Part shown: positions 18,380 to 26,292 of the stretch, one piece after another
How positions within the stretch are numbered: position 1 is the stretch's first letter
Layout of the letters: each line of letters begins with the position of its first letter
NCBI RefSeq assembly: GCF_009831105.1
Contig: NZ_WUUQ01000001.1
Span: 150,001-182,000 of the forward strand
Reading direction: 5' to 3'
Length of the DNA: 32,000 bases
DNA from: Copranaerobaculum intestinale
GTDB lineage: Bacteria > Bacillota_I > Bacilli_A > Erysipelotrichales > Erysipelotrichaceae
Notes under the pieces: generated by a model
What the model was told of the DNA's origin: nothing
What the model saw: only the letters and a program-made list of their open reading frames with translations
Database searches by the model: none
Position numbers and translations under genes: made by a program

Positions 18380-18946
18380 TCATTCCAGAAAATGCAGGAG
18401 CCGTGTTTTGATTCTCAAAAAGAGTTCACTATTTACATCAATATGTGCTTTCACTTCAATAATTCTCGCTGTATTAATGAATTTGGCATCATTCATAAAT
18501 AATACACTCTCCTTCACCAGTCCAGGAATTAACCCAATCTGCATCAAATGCTTTTTCCCGCATCCCGTTTCCTCCTGATAAGCCTGCGCATAGGTAGCTG
18601 CATTGCTCGACATGGGTATGACGAAGGCTTTGCCATGGAAAATCTTTAAAATCACGCCGAAATGCTGAAAACCGGCTTCATTGATAAAGGCATCCCCAAA
18701 ATCCAAAAAGCACACATCACCCTCTGCAATATGAATGCCCCTTTCCATACAGGAATAGCACTGTGACCAATCTCGAAAGTTCTGTTCGCTGATCATTTTG
18801 GCTACTCCCTCGCGAAGCGGCAGCGCTTCATATTCCGCACTTCGTTCTTCAATATAATCCCTGCGCAGCTTCGGCCAAGCGCTAACTTCTTTCATCTGAT
18901 ACGTTGATGGATGCTTCAGCAGCGCCTGCAGTTTTTTTACTTCCAT
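18380..18946 (-). CDS. PemK/MazF-fold domain protein with ~75-aa N-terminal extension; no adjacent antitoxin
   Basis: 188 aa. The core EGDVCFLDFGDAFINEAGFQHFGVILKIFHGKAFVIPMSSN follows the MazF pattern GD+..+DF.....E.G...P.+++......+++P+TS. It has its own terminator-bounded intergenic regions. Confidence 0.6.
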   Translation of the reverse strand: MEVKKLQALLKHPSTYQMKEVSAWPKLRRDYIEERSAEYEALPLREGVAKMISEQNFRDWSQCYSCMERGIHIAEGDVCFLDFGDAFINEAGFQHFGVILKIFHGKAFVIPMSSNAATYAQAYQEETGCGKKHLMQIGLIPGLVKESVLFMNDAKFINTARIIEVKAHIDVNSELFLRIKTRLLHFLE

Positions 18947-18995
18947 CCTTGTATACCTCCCCCCCTTTTCTATACGAACAAATGTAAAATAACCT

Positions 18996-19023
18996 AAAAA
19001 AAGAATGATGATTTCTCATCACT
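18996..19023 (-). terminator. Rho-independent terminator after the GT4 gene
   Basis: Minus-strand RNA forms UGAUGA-GAAA-UCAUCA followed by UUCUUUUUUU. The 5' arm includes the stop codon. Confidence 0.5.
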
Positions 19024-20137
19024 CTTTTGGATTTATCTCATTCACCTTAAATTCTCTGGTTTTATCAATGTCTTTATTTTCATCCTTGGGCTGAAGCATC
19101 AGCTTTAAACGATTTAATACCGATAGGATCGGATGATAGTTCGGTGAAATCATTCCTGATGTTTCGATAAAAATTTCTACAATCACCGCAATTACAAACA
19201 GACAGGAAAGTCCCGCCGCCTTATTAATGATGTAGATATAGGCAGTCACACCAAACATTGCGGTTACTGCATATAAAATCAAAACAGTATTGCGATGACC
19301 GAACCGCTGCATCAGCTTATGATGCAGATGATTCTTATCTGCTTCGGAAAATTTTTTCCCGCTTAACATTCGCCTCAATATCGCCGATATTGTATCGACG
19401 ATCGGCACCGCTAACAGCAGGATCGGCAGTCCTAGGGTAATCAGTGTCGAGCTTTTGAAGCCCATCAGTGAAATTGCGGAAATCATAAAACCGAGAAACA
19501 ACGCTCCGCAGTCACCCATAAAGACGGAAGCAGGATGCGTATTGAAAATCAGGAAACCAAGCGTAGCGCCTGCCAGAATCAGCGACATCATCGTAATTTC
19601 ATCACGGCTCTCGATCGCGGACAGTGAAGCAATCACTACCAGAATAATCACACCTAAGCCTGATGCGAGACCATCAAGCCCGTCAATGAGATTTACCGCA
19701 TTGGTGATTCCGACAACCCAGAAAAACGTTACAACCGTCGTGACGATTCCCATATTGATCGTTATGCAAAACGGCAGACGAATAACATCCAGATAGACAT
19801 TGCCATACCACATCAAGACGATCGCCGCTACCACTTGAAAGCTCAGCTTATAAATCGGTTTCAGATTGTCCATATCATCGATCAGTCCTCCGATAAACAT
19901 GATCGTTCCCCCGATCAGGATACCGTTTAATGACGTATCTACCTTCATGTACATAGCCATAGATATAATGAAAGCGATGTATATGGCTACACCGCCCACT
20001 CTTGCCATAGGTTTTTTATGTATCGTCCGCTCATTCATCTCAGCATAGATATTCAGTTTACAGCCGATTATGTTCAGGACTGGCGTCGCAAGAACCGAAA
20101 TGATAAAAGGCACGACCAAATATTGAAGCCAATCCAT
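19019..20137 (-). CDS. Glycosyltransferase family 4 polyprenyl-phosphate HexNAc-1-phosphate transferase (WecA/TagO/MraY-like)
   Basis: 372 aa with about 10-11 TM helices. Motifs seen: GGLIDDMDNL and ITNAVNLIDGLDGLASG. AGAGGTGA SD is present. It starts 18 nt after the mreB stop. Confidence 0.85.
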   Translation of the reverse strand: MDWLQYLVVPFIISVLATPVLNIIGCKLNIYAEMNERTIHKKPMARVGGVAIYIAFIISMAMYMKVDTSLNGILIGGTIMFIGGLIDDMDNLKPIYKLSFQVVAAIVLMWYGNVYLDVIRLPFCITINMGIVTTVVTFFWVVGITNAVNLIDGLDGLASGLGVIILVVIASLSAIESRDEITMMSLILAGATLGFLIFNTHPASVFMGDCGALFLGFMISAISLMGFKSSTLITLGLPILLLAVPIVDTISAILRRMLSGKKFSEADKNHLHHKLMQRFGHRNTVLILYAVTAMFGVTAYIYIINKAAGLSCLFVIAVIVEIFIETSGMISPNYHPILSVLNRLKLMLQPKDENKDIDKTREFKVNEINPKE

Positions 20138-20155
20138 ATAATCACCTCTTATTCA

Positions 20156-21142
20156 TCATTTTGCCAAGTGCAGATTCTCCAGCATAATTCCAGTACCTTC
20201 CGCTACACAGCGAAGTGCATTCTCCGCTACATACACCGGTACATGCAATTCATTGCGCATCAGTTCATCAATGCCGTGAAGCAGCGCTCCGCCGCCGGTC
20301 AATACAATACCGCGTACAACGATATCGCTGGACAGCTCCGGCGGAGTCTGTTCCAAAACCGTTTTCGCTGCACGGACGATGTTCTGTAAATTTTCACGAA
20401 TACTGGCTTCGATTTCTTCACTGGTCAAGTTAATCGTATGCGGCAGCCCCGTAACCAGATCACGTCCGCTGACTTCCATGACGTCATGGCGGGAACCCTT
20501 CCACGCCGTTCCAACTTTTTTCTTTACTTCTTCAGCCGTACGATCACCAACCAACAATTTCTTTTCTTCTTTTAGATATTTGATAATATCACGGTCAAGT
20601 GTATCACCGGCAACCTTCAATGAAGTGCTGGATACAATTTCACCGAGTGAAAGAACCGCAACATCGGTTGTACCGCCGCCGATATCCAAAACCATGCATC
20701 CGCTTGGCTTGCTGATATCGAGACCGGCACCGATTGCGGCCACTTTCGGCTCTTCCTCGATAAACACCTTTTTCGCTCCGGCACGATATGCCGCATCGCG
20801 AATCGCGTTACGCTCAACACTGGTGATATTGGAAGGACAACAGATTAAGATAGAAGGACGTTTGAACATACCTTTGATGTTCAGCTTTTTCAGGAAGAAT
20901 TCAAGCATGATCTCCGTAACTTCAAAATCCGCAATTACGCCATCTTTTAATGGACGGATCGCAATGACGCGGCCCGGAGTTCTACCCAGCATTTCCTTTG
21001 CTTCAGAGCCGGCTGCCAAACATTTCTTGGTATCCGCATCAATCGCAACTACCGAAGGTTCATCTATAACGACACCTTCTCCTTTAACATATATCAATAA
21101 GTTCGCTGTTCCTAAGTCGATCCCAACTTCTTTAGAAAACAT
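20156..21142 (-). CDS. mreB: Rod-shape-determining actin homologue MreB/Mbl
   Basis: Actin-fold motifs GIDLGTANLLIY and LDIGGGTTDVAVLS are present. GGAGGA followed by 7 nt supports ATG 21142 (MFSKEVGIDLG...); the track start at 21160 lies inside the SD. Confidence 0.93.
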   Translation of the reverse strand: MFSKEVGIDLGTANLLIYVKGEGVVIDEPSVVAIDADTKKCLAAGSEAKEMLGRTPGRVIAIRPLKDGVIADFEVTEIMLEFFLKKLNIKGMFKRPSILICCPSNITSVERNAIRDAAYRAGAKKVFIEEEPKVAAIGAGLDISKPSGCMVLDIGGGTTDVAVLSLGEIVSSTSLKVAGDTLDRDIIKYLKEEKKLLVGDRTAEEVKKKVGTAWKGSRHDVMEVSGRDLVTGLPHTINLTSEEIEASIRENLQNIVRAAKTVLEQTPPELSSDIVVRGIVLTGGGALLHGIDELMRNELHVPVYVAENALRCVAEGTGIMLENLHLAK

Positions 21143-21172
21143 AAAAAAATCCTCCATCATACGAGTATATAC

Positions 21173-21201
21173 ATTATATCATAATTTTTTAAAGGATAAA
21201 A
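21173..21201 (-). promoter_or_regulatory. Putative extended -10 promoter of mreB (TGATATAAT; weak -35 TTTTAT)
   Basis: Minus strand reads TTTTAT (21201..21196), a 17-nt spacer, then TG-A-TATAAT (21181..21173), about 30 nt upstream of the ATG. Confidence 0.35.
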
Positions 21202-21237
21202 TAGTAAATAAAATAGTACCCGCATGGGTACTATTTT
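21200..21237 (-). terminator. Rho-independent terminator after the spoIIQ-like gene
   Basis: Minus-strand RNA forms AAAAUAGUACCC-AUGC-GGGUACUAUUUU followed by a U-rich tail. The 5' arm overlaps the TAG stop. Confidence 0.7.
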
Positions 21238-21887
21238 ATTTCACTGGCCTTTTGATTATAGATACTTTCCGGATCGATAATCTTACCATTTTTCACAACC
21301 GCAATATGGACATGATTGCCCAGATCCTTGTTGTATATATTGGTGGAAGCCTGGGAAATTACATCACCCTGCTTAATCACATCACCTTTTTTCAGTTTGG
21401 TATCAGACAGGGACTGATAGGTGATGGTTACATCACCAGTCTTAATCACGACGGTCTTGCCGAACAGCGCATCATCGCGTACATCACTCACCGAGCCGCC
21501 GTATATTGCGATGACATCAAAGCTCTGGTTGTCCATCGCATAGTCAATTCCCTGATTGGGACGATACACACCTTCAAATTCAGAGATGCTTTCCACATCA
21601 CCAGCTTTGCCGTCATAATAATCCAACACGATCTTGCCTTCACCATTGTAAGGCCGAATCGCTTTCTCACTGGTCGGCGGCAGTGTGATAACCGGAATCT
21701 TCGCTTCTGCGAACACGGATTGATCCTCCGGTTTATTCTGATTCTGCATATAGCTGTATGACAGAATGCCGACACTGAGCACCAGCACTGCACTGAATCC
21801 CAGTAACACATATCGTCTTGCTTTTTTATTGCCCTTTTTCGTATAGGAATACACATTATCACCTCTAGTGATGATTATGCCCTGCAT
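21231..21887 (-). CDS. spoIIQ: Membrane-anchored degenerate LytM/M23 domain protein, SpoIIQ-like
   Basis: 218 aa with one N-terminal TM helix (YVLLGFSAVLVLSVGILSY). In the LytM domain, HxxxD is degenerated to NQGID and YxHL to YQSL, while HxH is retained (GNHVHIA). AAGGAG SD is present. The position next to spoIID fits a sporulation role. The symbol is tentative. Confidence 0.65.
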   Translation of the reverse strand: MQGIIITRGDNVYSYTKKGNKKARRYVLLGFSAVLVLSVGILSYSYMQNQNKPEDQSVFAEAKIPVITLPPTSEKAIRPYNGEGKIVLDYYDGKAGDVESISEFEGVYRPNQGIDYAMDNQSFDVIAIYGGSVSDVRDDALFGKTVVIKTGDVTITYQSLSDTKLKKGDVIKQGDVISQASTNIYNKDLGNHVHIAVVKNGKIIDPESIYNQKASEIK

Positions 21888-21902
21888 ACAGGCTCCTTAT
21901 AC

Positions 21903-22847
21903 CTATCTTTTTTCCAATTTTACCCCAGTGTAATAATGAAGCAAAATCTCTTTGTATCCCTTTCCGGCTTTCGCCATCCCTTCCGCACCATACTGACTCA
22001 TACCGATGCCATGTCCAAAACCAGCTACCTGAAAAGAAATATCGCTCCCGCTCATCGTAACCGTAAACTTATTGGAACGAAGATTCAGTTTCTCGCGAAG
22101 CTCTCGGCCGCTGAAAGTGATAGAATCGATCATAATTGATTTCACATATCCGGAATCATAACGCTGAATATCAGTAATGGACTGAATGGGATTCAAAAAT
22201 CCCAGCTTTTGCGCTATCTGTGATGCAGTAAACTCCTGAACCTGGATCAGCTCATCATTCACTTGTGCATCCCAAGGGGAATCCACCGATACCAGATAGG
22301 GTGTACTTTTCTCCCAATACTCTCCGGCGTTATTCGTTTTCCCATCACAGCTTGAAAAAAAGGCGGCAGTTATATAGTCTCCGTCATATGTAAGTACTTC
22401 ACCCTCGGTCGCTTTCACCGCGGCTTTGATCTTCGCAAGATTGGTTTCATAGCTGTCACCCCACTGTGCTTTCAGCTCATCGTCGCTCTTATACACCTGT
22501 GAGCTGGTTGTATCATCCACCATCAGATTGCGCTGCAGAGCGAATGTACGAGCTGCGACGCTCTGCGCTTTCAAAGCTTCGCTCTCAAAGCGTACCGGCA
22601 TTTCCGATGCCACTACACCACGCACATAGTCCTCAAGATCAATCGTAAGCATCGTACCGTCGCTGCGCTCAACCGCTACTGTATGCTTATTTGCGAGAAC
22701 TTCCTTCTTCGCATCTGTTTTTTTTGGCGGTGATGCCTTCTCATGCACCGATTTCCCCGACAAATCAAGCCACATCAAAAAGGCCGTCACCGTCATCATC
22801 AGAACTGTCAGCAGCTTGATTCCATTCCGCAAAAAAATCACCTTCAT
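21903..22847 (-). CDS. spoIID: Stage II sporulation protein D (SpoIID/LytB lytic transglycosylase)
   Basis: Motifs seen: VVASEMP (catalytic Glu), AQSVAARTFAL, GHGIGMSQYGAEGMA, plus an N-terminal signal anchor. ATG 22847 has no SD. TTG 22832, preceded by AAGGTGA and 5 nt, is a plausible alternative start. Confidence 0.9.
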   Translation of the reverse strand: MKVIFLRNGIKLLTVLMMTVTAFLMWLDLSGKSVHEKASPPKKTDAKKEVLANKHTVAVERSDGTMLTIDLEDYVRGVVASEMPVRFESEALKAQSVAARTFALQRNLMVDDTTSSQVYKSDDELKAQWGDSYETNLAKIKAAVKATEGEVLTYDGDYITAAFFSSCDGKTNNAGEYWEKSTPYLVSVDSPWDAQVNDELIQVQEFTASQIAQKLGFLNPIQSITDIQRYDSGYVKSIMIDSITFSGRELREKLNLRSNKFTVTMSGSDISFQVAGFGHGIGMSQYGAEGMAKAGKGYKEILLHYYTGVKLEKR

Positions 22848-22881
22848 ACAGTAAAGATATGAGGGTGATTTCAGTTATATG

Positions 22882-24453
22882 TCATCGGGCATGCAGTTTC
22901 TTGCGAAACTCGCTCGGTGAAATTCCATAAAATTTCTTAAAGACTTTATTGAAATAAAACTGATCATCCATACCGACCAATGAAGAAGCTTCTTTGATCA
23001 TCATATGCGGCTCGCTCAACAGCTCCAATGCTTTTTTCATTTTCAGCTCATTGATAAAATAAATAAGATTCTTACCGGTTTCATTTTTAAACATTCGACT
23101 TAAATAACTTTCATTCATTTCAAAATGATCTGCGATCATTTTCAGAGTCAGCTTATTCTTATAGTTTGTATTGATATAATCAATGATATCACTGATATCC
23201 TGGCGATACTTGATACTGCCCTTATCCTTCAACCACAACTCAATTTGGACAAAGCTGTCCCAAACCATTTCACTGAGCGATGCAATGCCCTCACATTCAC
23301 GAATATCCCGCTTACGTTCATCGTAGCTGCTGGCATTGCGCGAGCCTTTCATAATTTCATTACCCTCAACATTGTTGAGAATGAAAATAAAGTACTCCTT
23401 TACCGCATCAGGGCGGATGTAATGCTTCCGCATATATTCCAACGTCTGCCGCAGCAGGCGCAGTACAGCGATGAAATCCCGCTCACTCATTTTATTCATG
23501 ATATCCAAATGATAGTCAATCGCATTCATGTCCAAGTCTTGAAAAGGATGCATATCTGCGGATTCAATCAATACCCGGTCTCCCACGTAAAAGCGCATTT
23601 CATGCAGCTCCAACAGTTTTTCATACAGGGTAAACAGCTCCATCCTGGATTCACTGACCGAGGATAGTGAAATAGAAACATTCAGATGCATCGCAGCTTC
23701 TACTTGTTTCATAATGTCACTGCATATCGATACAGCTTGATGGCGGTTCTCACTGTCAAGAATCAGCAATCCTGAATGATTAGATAGAAAAACCGAACGG
23801 TATCGGATCGAAGGCGGTATCATCTGTTTGATACATTCAAAAAGACGCTGTTTCAGTAACGCATGATCCTTGATCTGGTTTCGATACATCAAATTGATAT
23901 TGTCGATACGAAAATAGGCCAGCTGATACGGAATATTCAAGCTGCCATAGCGGGATCTGCTTAATACCGCATTAAATTGTTCACTCGTCACATCATGATG
24001 ATTTTTGCGCAGGATCAAATACTGGCGCAGCTTATCCATGATCGCTTCTTCCTGAATCCGTAAATTCTCATAGCTGGACAAATAAGCTTTCTTATATTCT
24101 TCCATCGCTTCCAGCAGCAGCGGCGGTGTGAGCGATCCGCGAAGCAAAAAATCATACGCTCCAGCCTTCATTACGGAACGTACCAGATCAAAATCCGAAT
24201 GATCACTTATTGCCAAGATTAAAATATGCGGATACTCACGCTTTATCATACGGATAAAAGCAACTTCATCCGCACCGGTATGATAGAGACAGCAAAACAT
24301 CATATCATACATTTTGCGCTGTACCTCTCGCAGTGCTTCTTCCCTCGTAAAAACACTGGATGAAATCTGACAGTTCACATCTGACCAGCGGATCATCTCT
24401 TTTAGTCCATCACAAAAATCCTTTTCTTGATCGACAATCAGAATATCAAACAT
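22882..24453 (-). CDS. AraC-family regulator with N-terminal pseudo-receiver domain (YesN-like architecture, orphan)
   Basis: 523 aa. A REC-like fold occupies residues 1-115. The C-terminal AraC double HTH shows ..LTLKMIADHFEMNESYLSRMFK.. and ..EASSLVGMDDQFYFNKVFKKFYGISPSEFR. GGAGGGGAG SD supports ATG 24453. No histidine kinase gene is adjacent. Confidence 0.85.
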   Translation of the reverse strand: MFDILIVDQEKDFCDGLKEMIRWSDVNCQISSSVFTREEALREVQRKMYDMMFCCLYHTGADEVAFIRMIKREYPHILILAISDHSDFDLVRSVMKAGAYDFLLRGSLTPPLLLEAMEEYKKAYLSSYENLRIQEEAIMDKLRQYLILRKNHHDVTSEQFNAVLSRSRYGSLNIPYQLAYFRIDNINLMYRNQIKDHALLKQRLFECIKQMIPPSIRYRSVFLSNHSGLLILDSENRHQAVSICSDIMKQVEAAMHLNVSISLSSVSESRMELFTLYEKLLELHEMRFYVGDRVLIESADMHPFQDLDMNAIDYHLDIMNKMSERDFIAVLRLLRQTLEYMRKHYIRPDAVKEYFIFILNNVEGNEIMKGSRNASSYDERKRDIRECEGIASLSEMVWDSFVQIELWLKDKGSIKYRQDISDIIDYINTNYKNKLTLKMIADHFEMNESYLSRMFKNETGKNLIYFINELKMKKALELLSEPHMMIKEASSLVGMDDQFYFNKVFKKFYGISPSEFRKKLHAR

Positions 24454-24494
24454 AGCTTCTCCCCTCCATGGATGATGCAATGATAATCAAAATC

Positions 24495-24698
24495 CTACAT
24501 GGCTTTCCACATCACAAAGCTCATTAGAAACTGCGCAACCACATAGGCTAGTCCCATGGACAATAGAAGCAGCAGTGTCTGCACTTTTGCGGGCTTTCTT
24601 ACGTCGGTAAATCGTTCAAAGCGAACAGAACTCAAGGCATAAAAGCTGGCGACAAACGACAGCAGATAAACCGCAATAGAAAGAATATTATATAACAT
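24495..24698 (-). CDS. DUF1146 (YwzB-like) small integral membrane protein
   Basis: 67 aa with 2 TM helices. ...FYALSSVRFERFTDVRKPAKVQTLLLLLSMGLAYVVAQFL... matches my recollection of the YwzB family, which lies downstream of atpC in Bacillus. GGAGGA followed by 7 nt supports ATG 24698; the track ATG at 24713 lies inside the SD. Confidence 0.7.
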   Translation of the reverse strand: MLYNILSIAVYLLSFVASFYALSSVRFERFTDVRKPAKVQTLLLLLSMGLAYVVAQFLMSFVMWKAM

Positions 24699-24721
24699 AA
24701 GAAAATCCTCCATCTATATCT

Positions 24722-24750
24722 ATTATAATCGCGTATGCTTCAAAGTGCAA
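24722..24750 (-). promoter_or_regulatory. Sigma-A promoter of the ywzB-like / AraC-regulator unit (TTGCAC-17-TATAAT)
   Basis: Minus strand reads TTGCAC (24750..24745), a 17-nt spacer, then TATAAT (24727..24722). An AT-rich dyad AATATTTC-N11-GAAATATT lies immediately upstream (24751..24777). Confidence 0.6.
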
Positions 24751-24973
24751 AATATTTCATATTATGAACGAAATATTACATATGTCTTAGCTTTCACCGC
24801 AGTTTTTACCGATGGAAATGTATGATGTCAGCCATAGGATACCAAAACAAAAATAGCAGTTTATGAAATTTTTAATGTTAACCTTTCTTAAGCTCTTGCT
24901 TTTTATATTGAATCATCTTAGCTGAAACCATGTTCAACGTTAGTATTCTCAATTCGTCTTAACTAGAAATATC

Positions 24974-25000
24974 AAAAAAGAAGGTATCCGAGATACCTTC
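24974..25000 (-). terminator. Rho-independent terminator after the O-antigen-ligase-like gene
   Basis: Minus-strand RNA forms GAAGGUAUC-UCG-GAUACCUUC followed by UUUUUUGAU. It starts directly after the TAG stop. Confidence 0.75.
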
Positions 25001-26197
25001 CTATTTTTGTTCGCGATATGATGTAGCGTAGATGGATGCCCCATGAAAAATCATAAAGAAACAAAGCGCAGTCTGTACCCAAAAAATGGTATAGTCAAGC
25101 ATGCCGTGAATAAATGTAACAGTGATCATACCTAAAATCAGCGCGAATAATCCCATGTCATATTTCTTACGGTACAGCTGCCATATTTCTTTAAAGCTGC
25201 TCGCAAGATAGATCAACGCCATCAATGTTCCGATAATACCGAAGCTCATAAGCGGATCGAGAATGATATTGTGAGCATGCTGTGTCTTATGACCCTTGTA
25301 AAGCTTATACGTAAAGAAGTACGTCAGAGCTCCCTGACCCAAAAGCGGATGCAGTTTAATTCCCTTGACCGCAGCGCGCCATATTTTAAAGCGTACGCCA
25401 ACATTGCGTTTTAAATAAGCAATACGCGGAATATACTGCGGCTTCCAAGCAAAGAAACCGATTACCCCAACGACACCGATACCTACTAAGCCCAGCATTA
25501 TCTTATTTTTATGCAGAATCAAAATCAGTGCAACTCCGGCGATCAATGCAGGCCATGCCGTACGGCAGCCGCTGATATATAAGATAAAGGCATTGACAAA
25601 TATCGCTGCCAAATAGAAAATTTGCTGTTTTTTTACTTTGATCTGATAAATTTTATATACACACATCAAAATTACAAATTCTATCATCATTGCATAGTAA
25701 TTAGAATTGAAAAATCCTACGTGTACCCGATATTCACGCTTTGCCGCTATCGGCAGGGTAAAGATATTCCATTTTAACTGTACTACAATGTAATAAGTAT
25801 ATTCAAACACTGCATAAACAGCACACAGAAGTGACATGACGATAAAGATATCCATCAACACTTCCAGCAGCGGTTTGGTAACTACGGTCCGATAATAAAG
25901 CACAAACAACAGCAGCAGCAGAATGCCGATACCTAGCACTGCCCCTAACCAGTTCCCATATACAAGCGCTACGATCGTTATCAGCACACTGAACCCTAAC
26001 AACACATAAGCCTTGGGCACATGCTTCACCGCATACATCAGGCGGCCCTTCATTGCTGCCTTGGCTACGGCCCACAAAATAACCGGAACGGTTATAAAAT
26101 AGGGAAGGAATAGACTGACACCAACAATAAAAACAGTTTTTTCATCACTTGAACACTGTTTGGGAAAGCTTTTGATCGACTGCAATATTTCTGTCAT
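25001..26197 (-). CDS. O-antigen ligase / Wzy_C family polytopic membrane protein
   Basis: 398 aa with at least 10 TM helices. The characteristic loop region and the HAHNIILDPLMSFGIIG motif are typical of the O-antigen ligase/polymerase family. AAGGAGA SD is present. Confidence 0.8.
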   Translation of the reverse strand: MTEILQSIKSFPKQCSSDEKTVFIVGVSLFLPYFITVPVILWAVAKAAMKGRLMYAVKHVPKAYVLLGFSVLITIVALVYGNWLGAVLGIGILLLLLFVLYYRTVVTKPLLEVLMDIFIVMSLLCAVYAVFEYTYYIVVQLKWNIFTLPIAAKREYRVHVGFFNSNYYAMMIEFVILMCVYKIYQIKVKKQQIFYLAAIFVNAFILYISGCRTAWPALIAGVALILILHKNKIMLGLVGIGVVGVIGFFAWKPQYIPRIAYLKRNVGVRFKIWRAAVKGIKLHPLLGQGALTYFFTYKLYKGHKTQHAHNIILDPLMSFGIIGTLMALIYLASSFKEIWQLYRKKYDMGLFALILGMITVTFIHGMLDYTIFWVQTALCFFMIFHGASIYATSYREQK

Positions 26198-26221
26198 AGT
26201 ATTCTCCTTAAAATCTCACAT

Positions 26222-26250
26222 ATTATAACATTCTCAAGTAAAAACTTCAA
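26222..26250 (-). promoter_or_regulatory. Putative promoter of the O-antigen-ligase-like gene (TTGAAG-17-TGT-TATAAT)
   Basis: Minus strand reads TTGAAG (26250..26245), a 17-nt spacer ending in TGT, then TATAAT (26227..26222). Confidence 0.5.
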
Positions 26251-26261
26251 TTCTTCCAAGA

Positions 26262-26290
26262 AATAGAAAAGCATACTCGAAGGTATGCTT
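26262..26290 (-). terminator. Rho-independent terminator after the coiled-coil protein gene
   Basis: Minus-strand RNA forms AAGCAUAC-CUUCGA-GUAUGCUU followed by UUCUAUUUC. It starts 2 nt after the TAA stop. Confidence 0.6.
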
Positions 26291-26292
26291 AA

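Noticed and set aside
4343-18383. Long N-terminal extensions in the ORF track, for example dusB to 5443, hslO to 6290, hpt to 10164, tilS to 11537, pepD2 to 14534 and spoIIE to 18383
   Set aside because: The extensions overlap upstream genes or promoter and terminator elements, and they lack SDs. Internal ATG/TTG codons with GGAGG-type SDs at 5-9 nt give N-termini matching the family norms.
20379-21761. 460-aa + strand ORF, the longest 'extra' ORF in the window, antisense to mreB and the spoIIQ-like gene and spanning their intergenic region
   Set aside because: It is the mirror frame of two well-supported minus-strand genes. Its product is Ser/Ile/Thr/Phe-rich with no motif, no SD and no promoter. 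Long stop-free antisense frames are a known codon-usage artefact, notably opposite actin/Hsp70-fold genes.
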